The notes beneath the pieces were generated by a model. That model was not told the DNA's origin, did no database searches, and saw only the letters and a program-made list of their open reading frames with translations. A stretch of 64,000 nt of DNA, taken from IMG/VR virus record IMGVR_UViG_3300036831_000050, positions 18,354-82,353 of that record; one strand, written 5' to 3'. Within the stretch, counting starts at the first letter, position 1. Each line of letters begins with the position of its first letter. Position numbers and translations under genes: made by a program. This DNA is from a virus. Of the stretch, positions 20,050 to 29,282 are shown piece by piece.

Positions 20050-20609
20050 GTGATTCCCCTTCTACGGGCAAACTCAGGTCCGGTGCTAATGCCTGGCTCC
20101 CAGTCTCGCTGGCGCCCCTTGTCCGGGCCGGGGCCGAGCACGGCCTGCATTGCCGCGCGAGACTCGGCCTCGGTCTTCACGTCGCGGTCGCGGAAGCCGA
20201 TCTCCAATGTGACGCCAGCCTCCATGACCCAGAGGTGGGTCTGGTTGGCCTGGTCCACTAGACGGCTCTCGCGCGGGAACAGCTCGAATGCCTCCCGCTC
20301 CCAGCCTGCGATCTCGTTCTTGATCGACTGGAGGTGACGCCAGTCACGGGCAGGCTCGCGGTCGTACCGCTTGATCGACAGGTGCAGGGCGCCTCCCTTG
20401 CCGCGCGGCTCGATGTAGCGCACGATGACTTCGTACTGGTCGTTCGCCCACACCTCATGCACTTGGTCAACGAACGGATTGGCCGACGCCCCTGACGTGT
20501 GGAACGCCGCCATCTTCCTGACGAACTCCGGGTCGATGGGCCTCTGTGTCAGGGGTGTCCACCCAGAAGCCTCTCCACTCTCCGCCGTGCTCTGTGGTGA
20601 CGGTTCCAT
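20046..20609 (-). CDS. Conserved phage hypothetical protein
   Basis: HLSIKR.D...DWR.LQ.IKNE...E.FP.ESRLVD.AN..HLW motif common in phages. Confidence 0.7.
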   Translation of the reverse strand: MEPSPQSTAESGEASGWTPLTQRPIDPEFVRKMAAFHTSGASANPFVDQVHEVWANDQYEVIVRYIEPRGKGGALHLSIKRYDREPARDWRHLQSIKNEIAGWEREAFELFPRESRLVDQANQTHLWVMEAGVTLEIGFRDRDVKTEAESRAAMQAVLGPGPDKGRQRDWEPGISTGPEFARRRGIT

Positions 20610-20881
20610 GCTGTATCGCTCCCTCGTTCGCTAGGTGTTGTAGGTGCCTGCCGAGCCAGCGCCGTTCGTTCCGGCGACGGCGGTTCAGCGACTTCCACTC
20701 CGGGGTGTCGGCCCAGAGGTAGTACAGGTCAGTGGCGGACTGCGGTTCGCTCGTAAGCAGCGGCACCGGGTCGCCGTACTTCTCGATGAGTGGGTGTGTC
20801 ATAGCCGTGGCCAGTAGTAGCCGAGCATCATGCCCGCGATGAACGCGAGCACGCCGACCGCGAAGCACCAGCCGACGGTGC

Positions 20882-21904
20882 TCATGCTGCCAGGCCCATG
20901 CGCCGAGCGAACTCCTCCGAGGCCGCCCCGAACGCAGAGGACACGTCACTGTTCGCGAGCTTGACGTACTCCATGGTCTGCTCGATGCGAGCGTGACCGG
21001 CCGCGATCTGCATTTGGACCAGCGGGATGCCCGCAGCGGCCCAGCCAGTGATGGCAGTGTGACGCAGGCGATGCCAGCGCCACGGTCCCAGGATGCCCAG
21101 CGACTCGCGGAAGCTCCGCACGCTGAGCGGTGCGAGCTGCTGATCGCGCAGCCCGTCACGTGTCAGGGCCAGCCACGGTGAATCGTGGTCCGGCCTTAGC
21201 AGCCAACGCAAGTCCAGCCATTCGCGCATGCACTCCCTGGCGTGGGGGAAGTAGGGCACGGCACGCATCTGCGGCACGCCCGGTCCCTTCTTCGCGGTCC
21301 TGACCACCACGTCGGTGTTGTCGTAGTGGAGCGCCGGGATGGTAAGCGTCATGATCTCGATGCTGCGTAGCCCCTCCTCGATGGCGAGCGCGATCTGTGC
21401 CTCCAACTGCACGCGCCGTGCGTGGCGCAGGAGGTGACGGCGCATCGCCGGAGACTTGCCCTGCACGAACCGCGTGAGCAGGCGAGACCCGCGCCCGTAG
21501 GCAGGCAGCGCCGGGTACACCTCAGCCAAGCGGCGCCGCATCTCCGCGACTTCGCTCTGCTTGTAGGGGTTCGGCTTGCCGTGGCTGGTGCTGCCACGCG
21601 GGTTAGGAACAGACTGAAGTTGAAGCGTACGGTCCGTGTCGATGAGATCGGCCTCGCTAGCCCAGGTGATGAACGAGCGGATCATGATGCGGTACTTGCG
21701 CGTGGTGTTCGGGGACACACCGCGCTTCAGCTCGGCGCCCAGGAACGTGGTGAAGTCCTGTCGCGTCAGCTCGATGAGCGGGTGGTCCAGTCCGGCCTCG
21801 AAACGACGAAGGACGCGGAGCTGTTCGCCGCGCCGGTCGGGACTGATGCTGTTCACCTCAAGGTACTCGGCCTCGAAGCGGGAGAGGAGTGTGTCGGTGT
21901 CCAT
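20882..21904 (-). CDS. Tyrosine recombinase / integrase
   Basis: SAM-like N-terminus (SPNTTRKY); catalytic R (GLRSIE), K, HRLRH, GH and Y (TMEY). Confidence 0.9.
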   Translation of the reverse strand: MDTDTLLSRFEAEYLEVNSISPDRRGEQLRVLRRFEAGLDHPLIELTRQDFTTFLGAELKRGVSPNTTRKYRIMIRSFITWASEADLIDTDRTLQLQSVPNPRGSTSHGKPNPYKQSEVAEMRRRLAEVYPALPAYGRGSRLLTRFVQGKSPAMRRHLLRHARRVQLEAQIALAIEEGLRSIEIMTLTIPALHYDNTDVVVRTAKKGPGVPQMRAVPYFPHARECMREWLDLRWLLRPDHDSPWLALTRDGLRDQQLAPLSVRSFRESLGILGPWRWHRLRHTAITGWAAAGIPLVQMQIAAGHARIEQTMEYVKLANSDVSSAFGAASEEFARRMGLAA

Positions 21905-21928
21905 GTGGGTCTCCGTGTCGGGTGATGG

Positions 21929-21964
21929 GGCGCGGTGCTACACGGTACGGTGTAGCACCGCGCC
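21929..21964. repeat. Perfect 15-6-15 bp inverted repeat upstream of the recombinase
   Basis: GGCGCGGTGCTACAC-ggtacg-GTGTAGCACCGCGCC. Confidence 0.85.
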
Positions 21965-21972
21965 TGAGGCAA

Positions 21973-22812
21973 CTACGTGGCGAAGGGGTCGTCGCCCTCC
22001 TGCTGGAACTCCGGCTCGGTCGGCACGCCGGGACGCTCCTCTTCGACACGCGCACCCACGGCGGCCAGCTCGCCGCCCTCGACCGGCTCAGTAGTCGAAC
22101 CAGTCGTCCCAGCGGCGTCGGCTGGGGTAGGGTCCGGCTCGGGGGTAGAGGCAGACTCCTGTCCACCCGTAGGAGGCGCTGAGGGAGCCGGAGCGGCCGT
22201 CTGAGCGGCAGCCTTGGCCCCGGCCTTGGAGCCGGTCCCGTTCCGCGATGCCCCGGCCTTGGCGGAGGACCGCTTCGGCTTCGGCTTGGCGCCGGACAGG
22301 GCGGCCTCGGCAGCGGTGAGCTGCTTCAGCTCGTCGGCCCGGTTGGCCTCCAGCTTGGCGTGCGAGTCCTTCTCGCTGTTGTAGACCTTCTCGGCCTCAG
22401 CGACACGCCGCGCCGACTCGGTGATCTGCGCCTCGATCTCCGACTTGCGGTGCCTGATCGCCTGGAGTGGCGTCATGGCCCTCGCCTCAGCGACCGGAGC
22501 GGGCGCAGGGGCAGGCGTGGGGCGCCGTGGCGCCCTCCGCGTGGTGCTCTTGCGTGTCGCGCTCCGTCGCGTGCTCGGCTTGCGAGTGGTGCTCTTACGA
22601 GCCGTGCTCTTCCGGGCAGTGCTCTTGCGAGCGGTGGTGCGCTTGGCACCGGCACGCTTGGTGGTGGCACCCGACGCGCCCATGCGGCGAATGTGCTGGT
22701 AGATGCTGTTGACGTTGACCTTGAGCGTCTTCGCCACTTCGGCGGGAGTCTTGCCCTGGTCAAGCAGGTCTTTGACCTGCTTCTGCTTCGGTGTGAGTGT
22801 GGCAGTGGCCAT
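21973..22812 (-). CDS. HTH DNA-binding protein with histone H1-like repeats and coiled coil; repressor candidate
   Basis: LTPKQKQV...KTPAEVAKTLKVNVNSIYQHIRR HTH; (K/R)STARK repeats; GAGGAGG RBS; operator over its promoter. Confidence 0.75.
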   Translation of the reverse strand: MATATLTPKQKQVKDLLDQGKTPAEVAKTLKVNVNSIYQHIRRMGASGATTKRAGAKRTTARKSTARKSTARKSTTRKPSTRRSATRKSTTRRAPRRPTPAPAPAPVAEARAMTPLQAIRHRKSEIEAQITESARRVAEAEKVYNSEKDSHAKLEANRADELKQLTAAEAALSGAKPKPKRSSAKAGASRNGTGSKAGAKAAAQTAAPAPSAPPTGGQESASTPEPDPTPADAAGTTGSTTEPVEGGELAAVGARVEEERPGVPTEPEFQQEGDDPFAT

Positions 22813-22850
22813 GCGGCCCCTCCTCTGGTTGGTTGATGTGTAGCTCACGG

Positions 22851-22867
22851 TGTTGCACTGTACTACA
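22851..22867. promoter_or_regulatory. 17-bp operator overlapping a leftward -10 (TACAGT)
   Basis: TGTTGCA-ctg-TACTACA. Confidence 0.7.
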
Positions 22868-22969
22868 GGTGGCGGTTAGTTGTGAGATGTTTCTGCCAGT
22901 TCGTCCACCATCTCGGCGGCGGACTCATGGCTCATGCCGAACGTCTGGCCCAGCGCGTCGATGATTTCG

Positions 22970-23887
22970 TCACGCGGGTACTCCAGCGTCAGGCACAGGC
23001 GTGTCATCGCTTCCGGCGTTGTCAGCCTGCTCGGTATCGACATGACGCTCTCCTCTCAGGCGTCGGCGGGCCTCGTCGGCCAGCATGAACTTGACGGTGC
23101 GGCCAAGACTGGTCCCCAGCACGGCCTCGGGTTCCTTCAGCGTGCCACTGTCCCCAGGTGCCAGCCAGGACCCGTACTGGCAGTGGAAGTAGACCTTGCG
23201 CGTCCCGTCCACGATGATGCGGGCATGCCAGTAGCCGCCCGTGGGATGGCGGCCGAAGGTGTCTTGGCCACGGGCGTCCTTGTCGTATCGGATGCGGCGC
23301 AGCTCGTAGTCCTCACCGATGGCCTGGTTGAGCGCCTGTCGGGCGGCTCGGCTGGCCCGCTCGACTGCCGTGTCAGTCCTCGCCACCTCCCACCTCCAGT
23401 TGCGTCGTAATGGTGGTCACGCAGCAGCCCCGGCACACGGGGCATGCGATGCGTAGGGTGGGCGCGCCGATCTGGCCCTCGCCCTGGCAGCGTCCGCACG
23501 GCACGACGGCGACCCCGGCCATCGCCCGCTCGATGAGTGCTCTCTCGCCGTTCATGACTCCTCCAGTTCTCGTAGTCGTGTGCGACCGTGGTCGGTGATG
23601 GTGTAGTAGACGCGCCGTCCTCGGAAGAACGCACCGCTCCGGCGCGCTGGCTTGGCGTAGTTGTGGTGGGACAGGCGCACGAAGACCTTTTGCAGCGTGC
23701 GCTCGTTCCAGCGGTTAGGCTCGTCCTCGGTCCAGCTATGCGCACTGCCCGTGCCCTTGCGCTCTGTCATGACGCGCAGCACGACTCTCTCCTCATAGGT
23801 ATGCAGTGCTCGGCGGTACTTGTAGGCCCTGGAGATTTTTCGCCACGGCGAAGTCCGCCTCTTACGACGCAACTTGAGTGGCGTCAT
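22970..23887 (-). CDS. Three hypothetical proteins (22970-23386, 23373-23555 Zn-finger, 23552-23887 possible winged helix)
   Basis: Coupled leftward ORFs; CGRC/CPVC; YYTITDHGR. Confidence 0.55.
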
Positions 23888-24615
23888 AGGGCACGCCTCG
23901 ACTCTGCGATGGCCAGCCCCGTGTCTCCCACCCACGGGTTTGGCAGGCCGTGAATGCGGACCACGGTGGGCGACCAGCGGTCGTAGATGTCGGCCGCAGT
24001 GCTCATGCCCTGGCCCAGCAGGCCCTCGCCAATGCTGTCGTGACTGACGAACAGGTCGAACAGCACGCCGTCAACCGGCTCGATGCTGCTCGGGTCCACC
24101 GTGTAGAAGTCGTCGCACACGATGTCCAGCTTGTCGTGGGGCACGTGGGGCGCCACCAGCCTTATCACGTCCCGCTCGCGCTCAACGACCGTGATGTGCT
24201 CGACGCGGGGGTTCGCGGTCAGCGTGTGGACCATGAGGCCCAGGCCGAGGCCAGCACACAGCACGTGGCCGGTCAACGCCTCCGCGTGCTCCTCCATCGC
24301 CCACCAGTGCGGCGGGTCGTCCACCATCCACGTCTTACCACCAATCTGGAGATCAGTGATAGGCAGCGGGCGGTTGTTCTCGAAGTACAGGAAGCCGCGC
24401 TGCATGTAGTTCCGGTAGATGCCGGGTGTGTACTGGAACGTCACGATCTCCGCCTTGCCCACGCGGGTGCGCGGGTAGTCGGTGGCTGGCGTGTGCCAGG
24501 CGTCCAGCCTCACGGTGTCACTGCGCAGCGGGCCACTGGTGATGCCGCCGCACGTGAGGCAGACGTACTGCTTCGGGCGCACCGACGGGCGCAGGCATGT
24601 GCACTGGTTGGGCAT
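23884..24615 (-). CDS. SAM-dependent methyltransferase / spermidine-synthase-like protein
   Basis: HVLCAGLGLG motif I, ITVVERE, DIVCDD, DGVLFD. Confidence 0.7.
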   Translation of the reverse strand: MPNQCTCLRPSVRPKQYVCLTCGGITSGPLRSDTVRLDAWHTPATDYPRTRVGKAEIVTFQYTPGIYRNYMQRGFLYFENNRPLPITDLQIGGKTWMVDDPPHWWAMEEHAEALTGHVLCAGLGLGLMVHTLTANPRVEHITVVERERDVIRLVAPHVPHDKLDIVCDDFYTVDPSSIEPVDGVLFDLFVSHDSIGEGLLGQGMSTAADIYDRWSPTVVRIHGLPNPWVGDTGLAIAESRRAL

Positions 24616-26916
24616 CAGATGACGCCCTCCACTGCCCAGCCAAAGCTCCCCCAGCGCGGCTCGGTCGGGGCCTTCGGACCGACCAGGCGCACGCGGTGCT
24701 CGACGCGATTGCGTGGCTGGTAGCTGCGCTCGATCTCGTTGGAATCACTCTCGCTGGCGGGCCGACACATGTCGAAGCGCAGCATGTCGATGGGGAACTG
24801 GCCGGTGCCAGCGACGGTGAAGTTGTACGTCCGGGGAATCTTCGGGTAGGTTCGCGGGACGCCTCTAGCTCGGGTCATGTCAACTCCGTTCGGTTGGGAT
24901 CGTATGGCAGCTTGAGAATCGGGAAGTCGTGGCGGCTGTTGTCGTACCGGGCCGGGTCGTGCTGTTCGAGGGAATGGTGGATCAGCTCCGAGGTGAGGCG
25001 GTCCAGCATCGGGAGGCCGAACTTGCCGTCGTGGTCGTTGACCAACCGCACATCGAAAGTTAGGCCGTAGTAGCCCCAGTGCTCGGGCGGCAGGAACTTC
25101 ATCTTGGTCTCGGGACTGCGCGCCCTGTCCAAGTGCTGTAGCGGGAATGTCAGCTCCAGCATCTCACCGTCCGGCGCCACACACCAGGCGTGAGCCAGTG
25201 GCACGCCGTAGCCTGTCGTGTAGTAGCCCTCGCAGTAGGTCAGCGACGGGTCGGCGTTGGCGGCGTTCTGTGCGTTGGCGAAGCAGTGCCCCAGGTCGCC
25301 TTGGTGCGGCATGTACTGGGCGGGCAGCAGGCGGCCGGGGTAGAACTTGCCGTGCCTGAGCGCAAGGTCAGCACCCCCGCGATAAACGTAGCCGTCACCT
25401 GGCGAAAATTGCGCAGCCTCTTCCAGTCGCTTACGACGCAGCTCAAGTTCACGGGTAAGCGATGTGCGCACGCGCTCCTCGGGACTGGGCAGCACGCCGT
25501 CAAGGAAGGTCATTGCCGCTGCTCCCACCTCTCCAGCGTCGTAGCCGCGACGGCGCGTGCGTCGGCCGTGGACTGGAACTGGTGTCCACGGGCCTCGGCC
25601 ATGCAGAGCTGCTGAAGTGACTCGATGTGCTCCTCGGCCGCCGCGAGCCGCTTGAGCAGGTAATCAACGTCCTCGGCGGAGTGTGCGATGAAGTCGGCGT
25701 CTGGGACGTGTAGACCCTTGAAGTCCTCACGGTAGAGCGCGTCCTTCACGCCGATGGCGCCGCCCTGGTCCATCTCCCACTGCGCCTTGGTCCTGTAGCC
25801 CAGCACCTCGTACCGTGGGCCGGACTCGCGGTAGGACCGCATCGAGCCGTCGAAGCGGAACCGTATGTCAGGGTGGACCTGCACGCCGCGAATCAGGTTG
25901 GGGAACTGATCGCTGCTACGGCCGAACTCCAATTGGAGCCAAGTCTCGAAGCGACGGCTGGCCTCGGCCGGGTCCATGTCGCCGCGCATGAACTCGCGCA
26001 GCTCGTCACACAGGCACGGCGGCGGGAAGTCCAGATCGGAGTCACTGTGCGCAGGGCACCACTTGCCGATGACATTCGCGCGAGCCTGCTCCAGTGTGTA
26101 GCTCTCCATCTCGTCCTCGTCGTAGACGTACTGCTCGTTGCGCAGCGTGGGGGTCATGATGTAGAGGCGCCCACGGTCCGGTGTGCCAAGGTAAACCTGA
26201 TCGGTCTCCGTGTTGCCGAACCAGTCCCACGGCGGCGGGGTGATGCTCTCGAAGCGTTCGCGAATCTCGTCCAGCTTGCTGCCGCTGACGGTTGTCATCG
26301 GTCCTCCTCTAGCGCGCGGTTTACGTGGTCGATGACCTGCTGGCGGCTGGTCACTTCTTCAACGGGGAGTGCGGGCTGGCCGATGGCGATGTAGCAGGCG
26401 TCACAGATGACGGTCTCGCCATCGAATGTGCCGTCATCGTCCATGCTGTCGTACCCGCCATAGACGGACACACACTCGCGCCCCTCGTAGCAGTTCGGGG
26501 ATCGCTTGGCTCGGCACTTGATCTGCATTACACGCTCTCCTCTTGGTGGTGGACACTGGCGGCGGGAAGGTCGCCTAGCACGGCGCCGAGATCGGCCTCG
26601 GCCGCCTCGCGCGTGCGGTAGGTCATGAACTCGCCCCGGTTGGTGGCGTAGACCTTGATGACGGCCTTGCCGCCGCACTCGATGACGAACTCGGCCGGTA
26701 CGGTGGCGGCGATGGCCTCGGCCGTGGCCTTGCCGGTGGTGTAGGTGACGGCACTCATGCTGGTGTCACGTCCACCAGACCGACGATGTGGAAGTTGGAT
26801 AGCGCCGACTCCACGTCCAGCGCGATGCCAGCGGCATCGACATCGCCGTCCTCGATGTAGAAGTCGTCGTCCTCCTCGATCTCGACCTGCACGCGAATCT
26901 CAACAACCACACTCAT
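24615..26916 (-). CDS. Six hypothetical proteins (24615-24878, 24875-25513, 25510-26298, 26295-26528, 26528-26758, 26755-26916)
   Basis: Contiguous coupled leftward ORFs; the last (53 aa, acidic) was read directly from the sequence. Confidence 0.6.
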
Positions 26917-28118
26917 AGCTGCCTCGCTCTCTCGATTCCGGCGTCGGTGAGCTGGCGTCCGCCGTGGGTCACGCAGACGTAGCCCTCCTCGATCAGGTAC
27001 GGCTCAACGAACAGCGCCACGGCCTTGGTGTCGCGTGAGTGGCCCAGCGCCGTGGCGATGGTGTTCACGCTGGCCTGGTAGATGACAGTGTTGTCCACCC
27101 GCCGCGTCCGCTTGGAGCGGAGCAGGGACTTGAGCATCTTCTGCATGTCGATGGTCAGGCCGTCTAGCGTGCAGCCGTTCAGATCGCGGACCACGGCCTC
27201 CGCGTCGGCATCGGTCACGGGATCGCAGCCGAGCGCCATCGCATTGCGGACGTAGGTGTTGACCTGCCTCGGGTTACGCCGTGACGCAAGTCCGAAGATA
27301 GCCTCGGCCTCTGGTGTCAGGTGCACTCCGAGCTGCTGCCCGTTGAGGTGGGCCAGACTGGTCATGTCCGCGAAGGTGTAGGGGTCCAGCGTCAGGGTCA
27401 GCGGGAAGCGGTTGCAGAACGCTTCCGGCAGCAGGCCGATGTCGGTGGTGCAGCCGATGAAGGTCACGGCCGGGAAGGGCAGCATGCCGCTCTGTGTCGG
27501 CAGCCGACGGTCCTCCATGACGTGATAGAAGTCCTCGGGGTCGGCAGCCTGCGTGACGCCTCGCCTGTCGCCGGAGACCTGCTGATGAATCTCGTCCACG
27601 ATGACGACATCGCCGTCCTCGCAGGTCGTGCGCAGCGCGTCCAGCGTCGCCAGATCGACCGGGGCCTTGATCTGGTACACACGCCGTCCGCACTCATGAG
27701 CGACGACCTGTGCCAGCGTGGTCTTGCCGGTGCCCGACTGGCCAGCCAGCATGATGTGGTCCAACGGACGACCTGAAGTTCTGCTGTTAGCAACGATGCG
27801 GGCCATGAGGCGCTTGAGCCTGTCCTGGCCGATCATCGTGTCGAACGTGGACGGCCGCAACTTGTTGCCGCTGCGGTCATCGAAGCTCAGTGGCTTGAGC
27901 TGGACCTTCGGGCCGGTGGCACCGTCGCCCCAGATGGCCTGGTGAATCGCGCGCATCTCCCGGGAGAGCGGGTCCTGGCCAACCTCACGCATGAAGTTGG
28001 GGTAGCGGTCGTGGAGACTCTGGCCGTGGCCAGCGGGCACGCGGCCGGTCGGTGTGCCGCCGCCGTGGTCATGGTGTCGGGCGATGCGGGCGGTGCGAGA
28101 AAGATCGTGATGGTGCAT
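26913..28118 (-). CDS. ruvB: Holliday junction branch-migration ATPase RuvB-like
   Basis: LRPSTFDTMIGQ, LDHIMLAGQSGTGKTTLA, DEIH, IGCTT, NPR, EPYLIEEG...THGGRQLT; GGAG RBS before ATG 28118. Confidence 0.85.
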   Translation of the reverse strand: MHHHDLSRTARIARHHDHGGGTPTGRVPAGHGQSLHDRYPNFMREVGQDPLSREMRAIHQAIWGDGATGPKVQLKPLSFDDRSGNKLRPSTFDTMIGQDRLKRLMARIVANSRTSGRPLDHIMLAGQSGTGKTTLAQVVAHECGRRVYQIKAPVDLATLDALRTTCEDGDVVIVDEIHQQVSGDRRGVTQAADPEDFYHVMEDRRLPTQSGMLPFPAVTFIGCTTDIGLLPEAFCNRFPLTLTLDPYTFADMTSLAHLNGQQLGVHLTPEAEAIFGLASRRNPRQVNTYVRNAMALGCDPVTDADAEAVVRDLNGCTLDGLTIDMQKMLKSLLRSKRTRRVDNTVIYQASVNTIATALGHSRDTKAVALFVEPYLIEEGYVCVTHGGRQLTDAGIERARQL

Positions 28119-28146
28119 GTGTGCTCCCATTCGGTAGGGCGGAGAG

Positions 28147-28163
28147 TGTAGCAGCGTGCCACA
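28147..28163. promoter_or_regulatory. 17-bp operator overlapping a leftward extended -10 (TGCTACACT) of ruvB
   Basis: TGTAGCA-gcg-TGCCACA, exact consensus. Confidence 0.75.
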
Positions 28164-28185
28164 CTCTCCGCACTGTCGTGGTTGG

Positions 28186-29241
28186 TCAGACGCCGAGCAG
28201 CTTGCGGAGCTGCCGGTTCAGCACCTCCATGCGGGTCTCGACATCGCCAACCTCGCTCTTGAGCGCGCCCTGGTACTCGCCCAGCTTGCGCTTGAGCTGG
28301 TCCAGCTTCCCGTAGTGGTGCTTCATGACATCTTCGCGGACGCCCCGCTTACGGGCATCGCCGGAAGTGTCGTTGGGGTTGACTGGCCGGAGCAGGTCAG
28401 CGACGGTGGCGATCTCCTCCTCAAGCTCCTCCATGATCGTGGTCATGAACGACCTACGAATCAACTCACGCTCGCTGGCACCGTCTGCCATCGGAGCGTA
28501 GTAGAGGAACGCCCGACCTTCGGGCTTGTAGAGGCTGTTCAGGAACTCGGCCAGCGCGTCCAGCGTCCTGCGGTGGCGCTCCAGCACGAAGTAGATCGAC
28601 TGACGCGGCCCACCGATGGGAGTGCCGCTGAGGCCGACCTGATTGCCGTACGTCTTGCCGGTCTTCTCATCGACGCGGCCCTCATCGTGCACGTTGACGA
28701 TGTAGTCACGGACCATCTCCCTGACCTTGGCGCCAGTGATGCGCTTGGCGTTCTGGTCAACGCGGGTCTGGATGCTGTCCATGATGGCCACGACCGTGGG
28801 CCGGTTGGCACCTTCGAGCGCCTTGAAGCCGACGGTCTCGCTGGCCTTGGAAAACCAGACCTTGACGGCGCCGGAGTACAGGACACGCTCGTCGGAGGTG
28901 TCACGCTCAACACGTGTCACCTGATAGATCACGTCCTCGTTGTTCTCCAGCACCAGCCGAATGTCGGTCTCGACCTTCGTGCCAGTCTTGTCATCGACGT
29001 ACGTCCCGGCCTTCTCCTCGTCCCGTACGGCGCGCTTGAACGCATCGACGGCGCGGGGATCGCGGGGAAGCGGCTGTGGGTCCAGACCTGCCATGCCCCA
29101 GCGCCGGATGACCCGGCTCAGAGACACGTCCTCCATGGGGACGCTGGACCACACGATGTAGCCCAGCGGCTTGACCTTGGAGTCCTTCGACACGGCGACC
29201 ATGCCCTTCAGGACATCGGGGGTGGTCATTGTTGCGGACAT
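28186..29241 (-). CDS. Hypothetical protein associated with the AAA/vWA pair
   Basis: 351 aa; LGYIVWSSV...AVDAFKRA; C-terminal coiled coil. Confidence 0.75.
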   Translation of the reverse strand: MSATMTTPDVLKGMVAVSKDSKVKPLGYIVWSSVPMEDVSLSRVIRRWGMAGLDPQPLPRDPRAVDAFKRAVRDEEKAGTYVDDKTGTKVETDIRLVLENNEDVIYQVTRVERDTSDERVLYSGAVKVWFSKASETVGFKALEGANRPTVVAIMDSIQTRVDQNAKRITGAKVREMVRDYIVNVHDEGRVDEKTGKTYGNQVGLSGTPIGGPRQSIYFVLERHRRTLDALAEFLNSLYKPEGRAFLYYAPMADGASERELIRRSFMTTIMEELEEEIATVADLLRPVNPNDTSGDARKRGVREDVMKHHYGKLDQLKRKLGEYQGALKSEVGDVETRMEVLNRQLRKLLGV

Positions 29242-29282
29242 GTGGTCACGCTCCTAACGGTGGGATTGCAGTTGGTCGGTTG

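Noticed and set aside
20467-20802. Leftward ORF MTHPLIEKYG...
   Set aside because: Plausible, but it overlaps 20046-20609 by 143 nt; I could not decide which start or extent is real, so it is not listed as a feature
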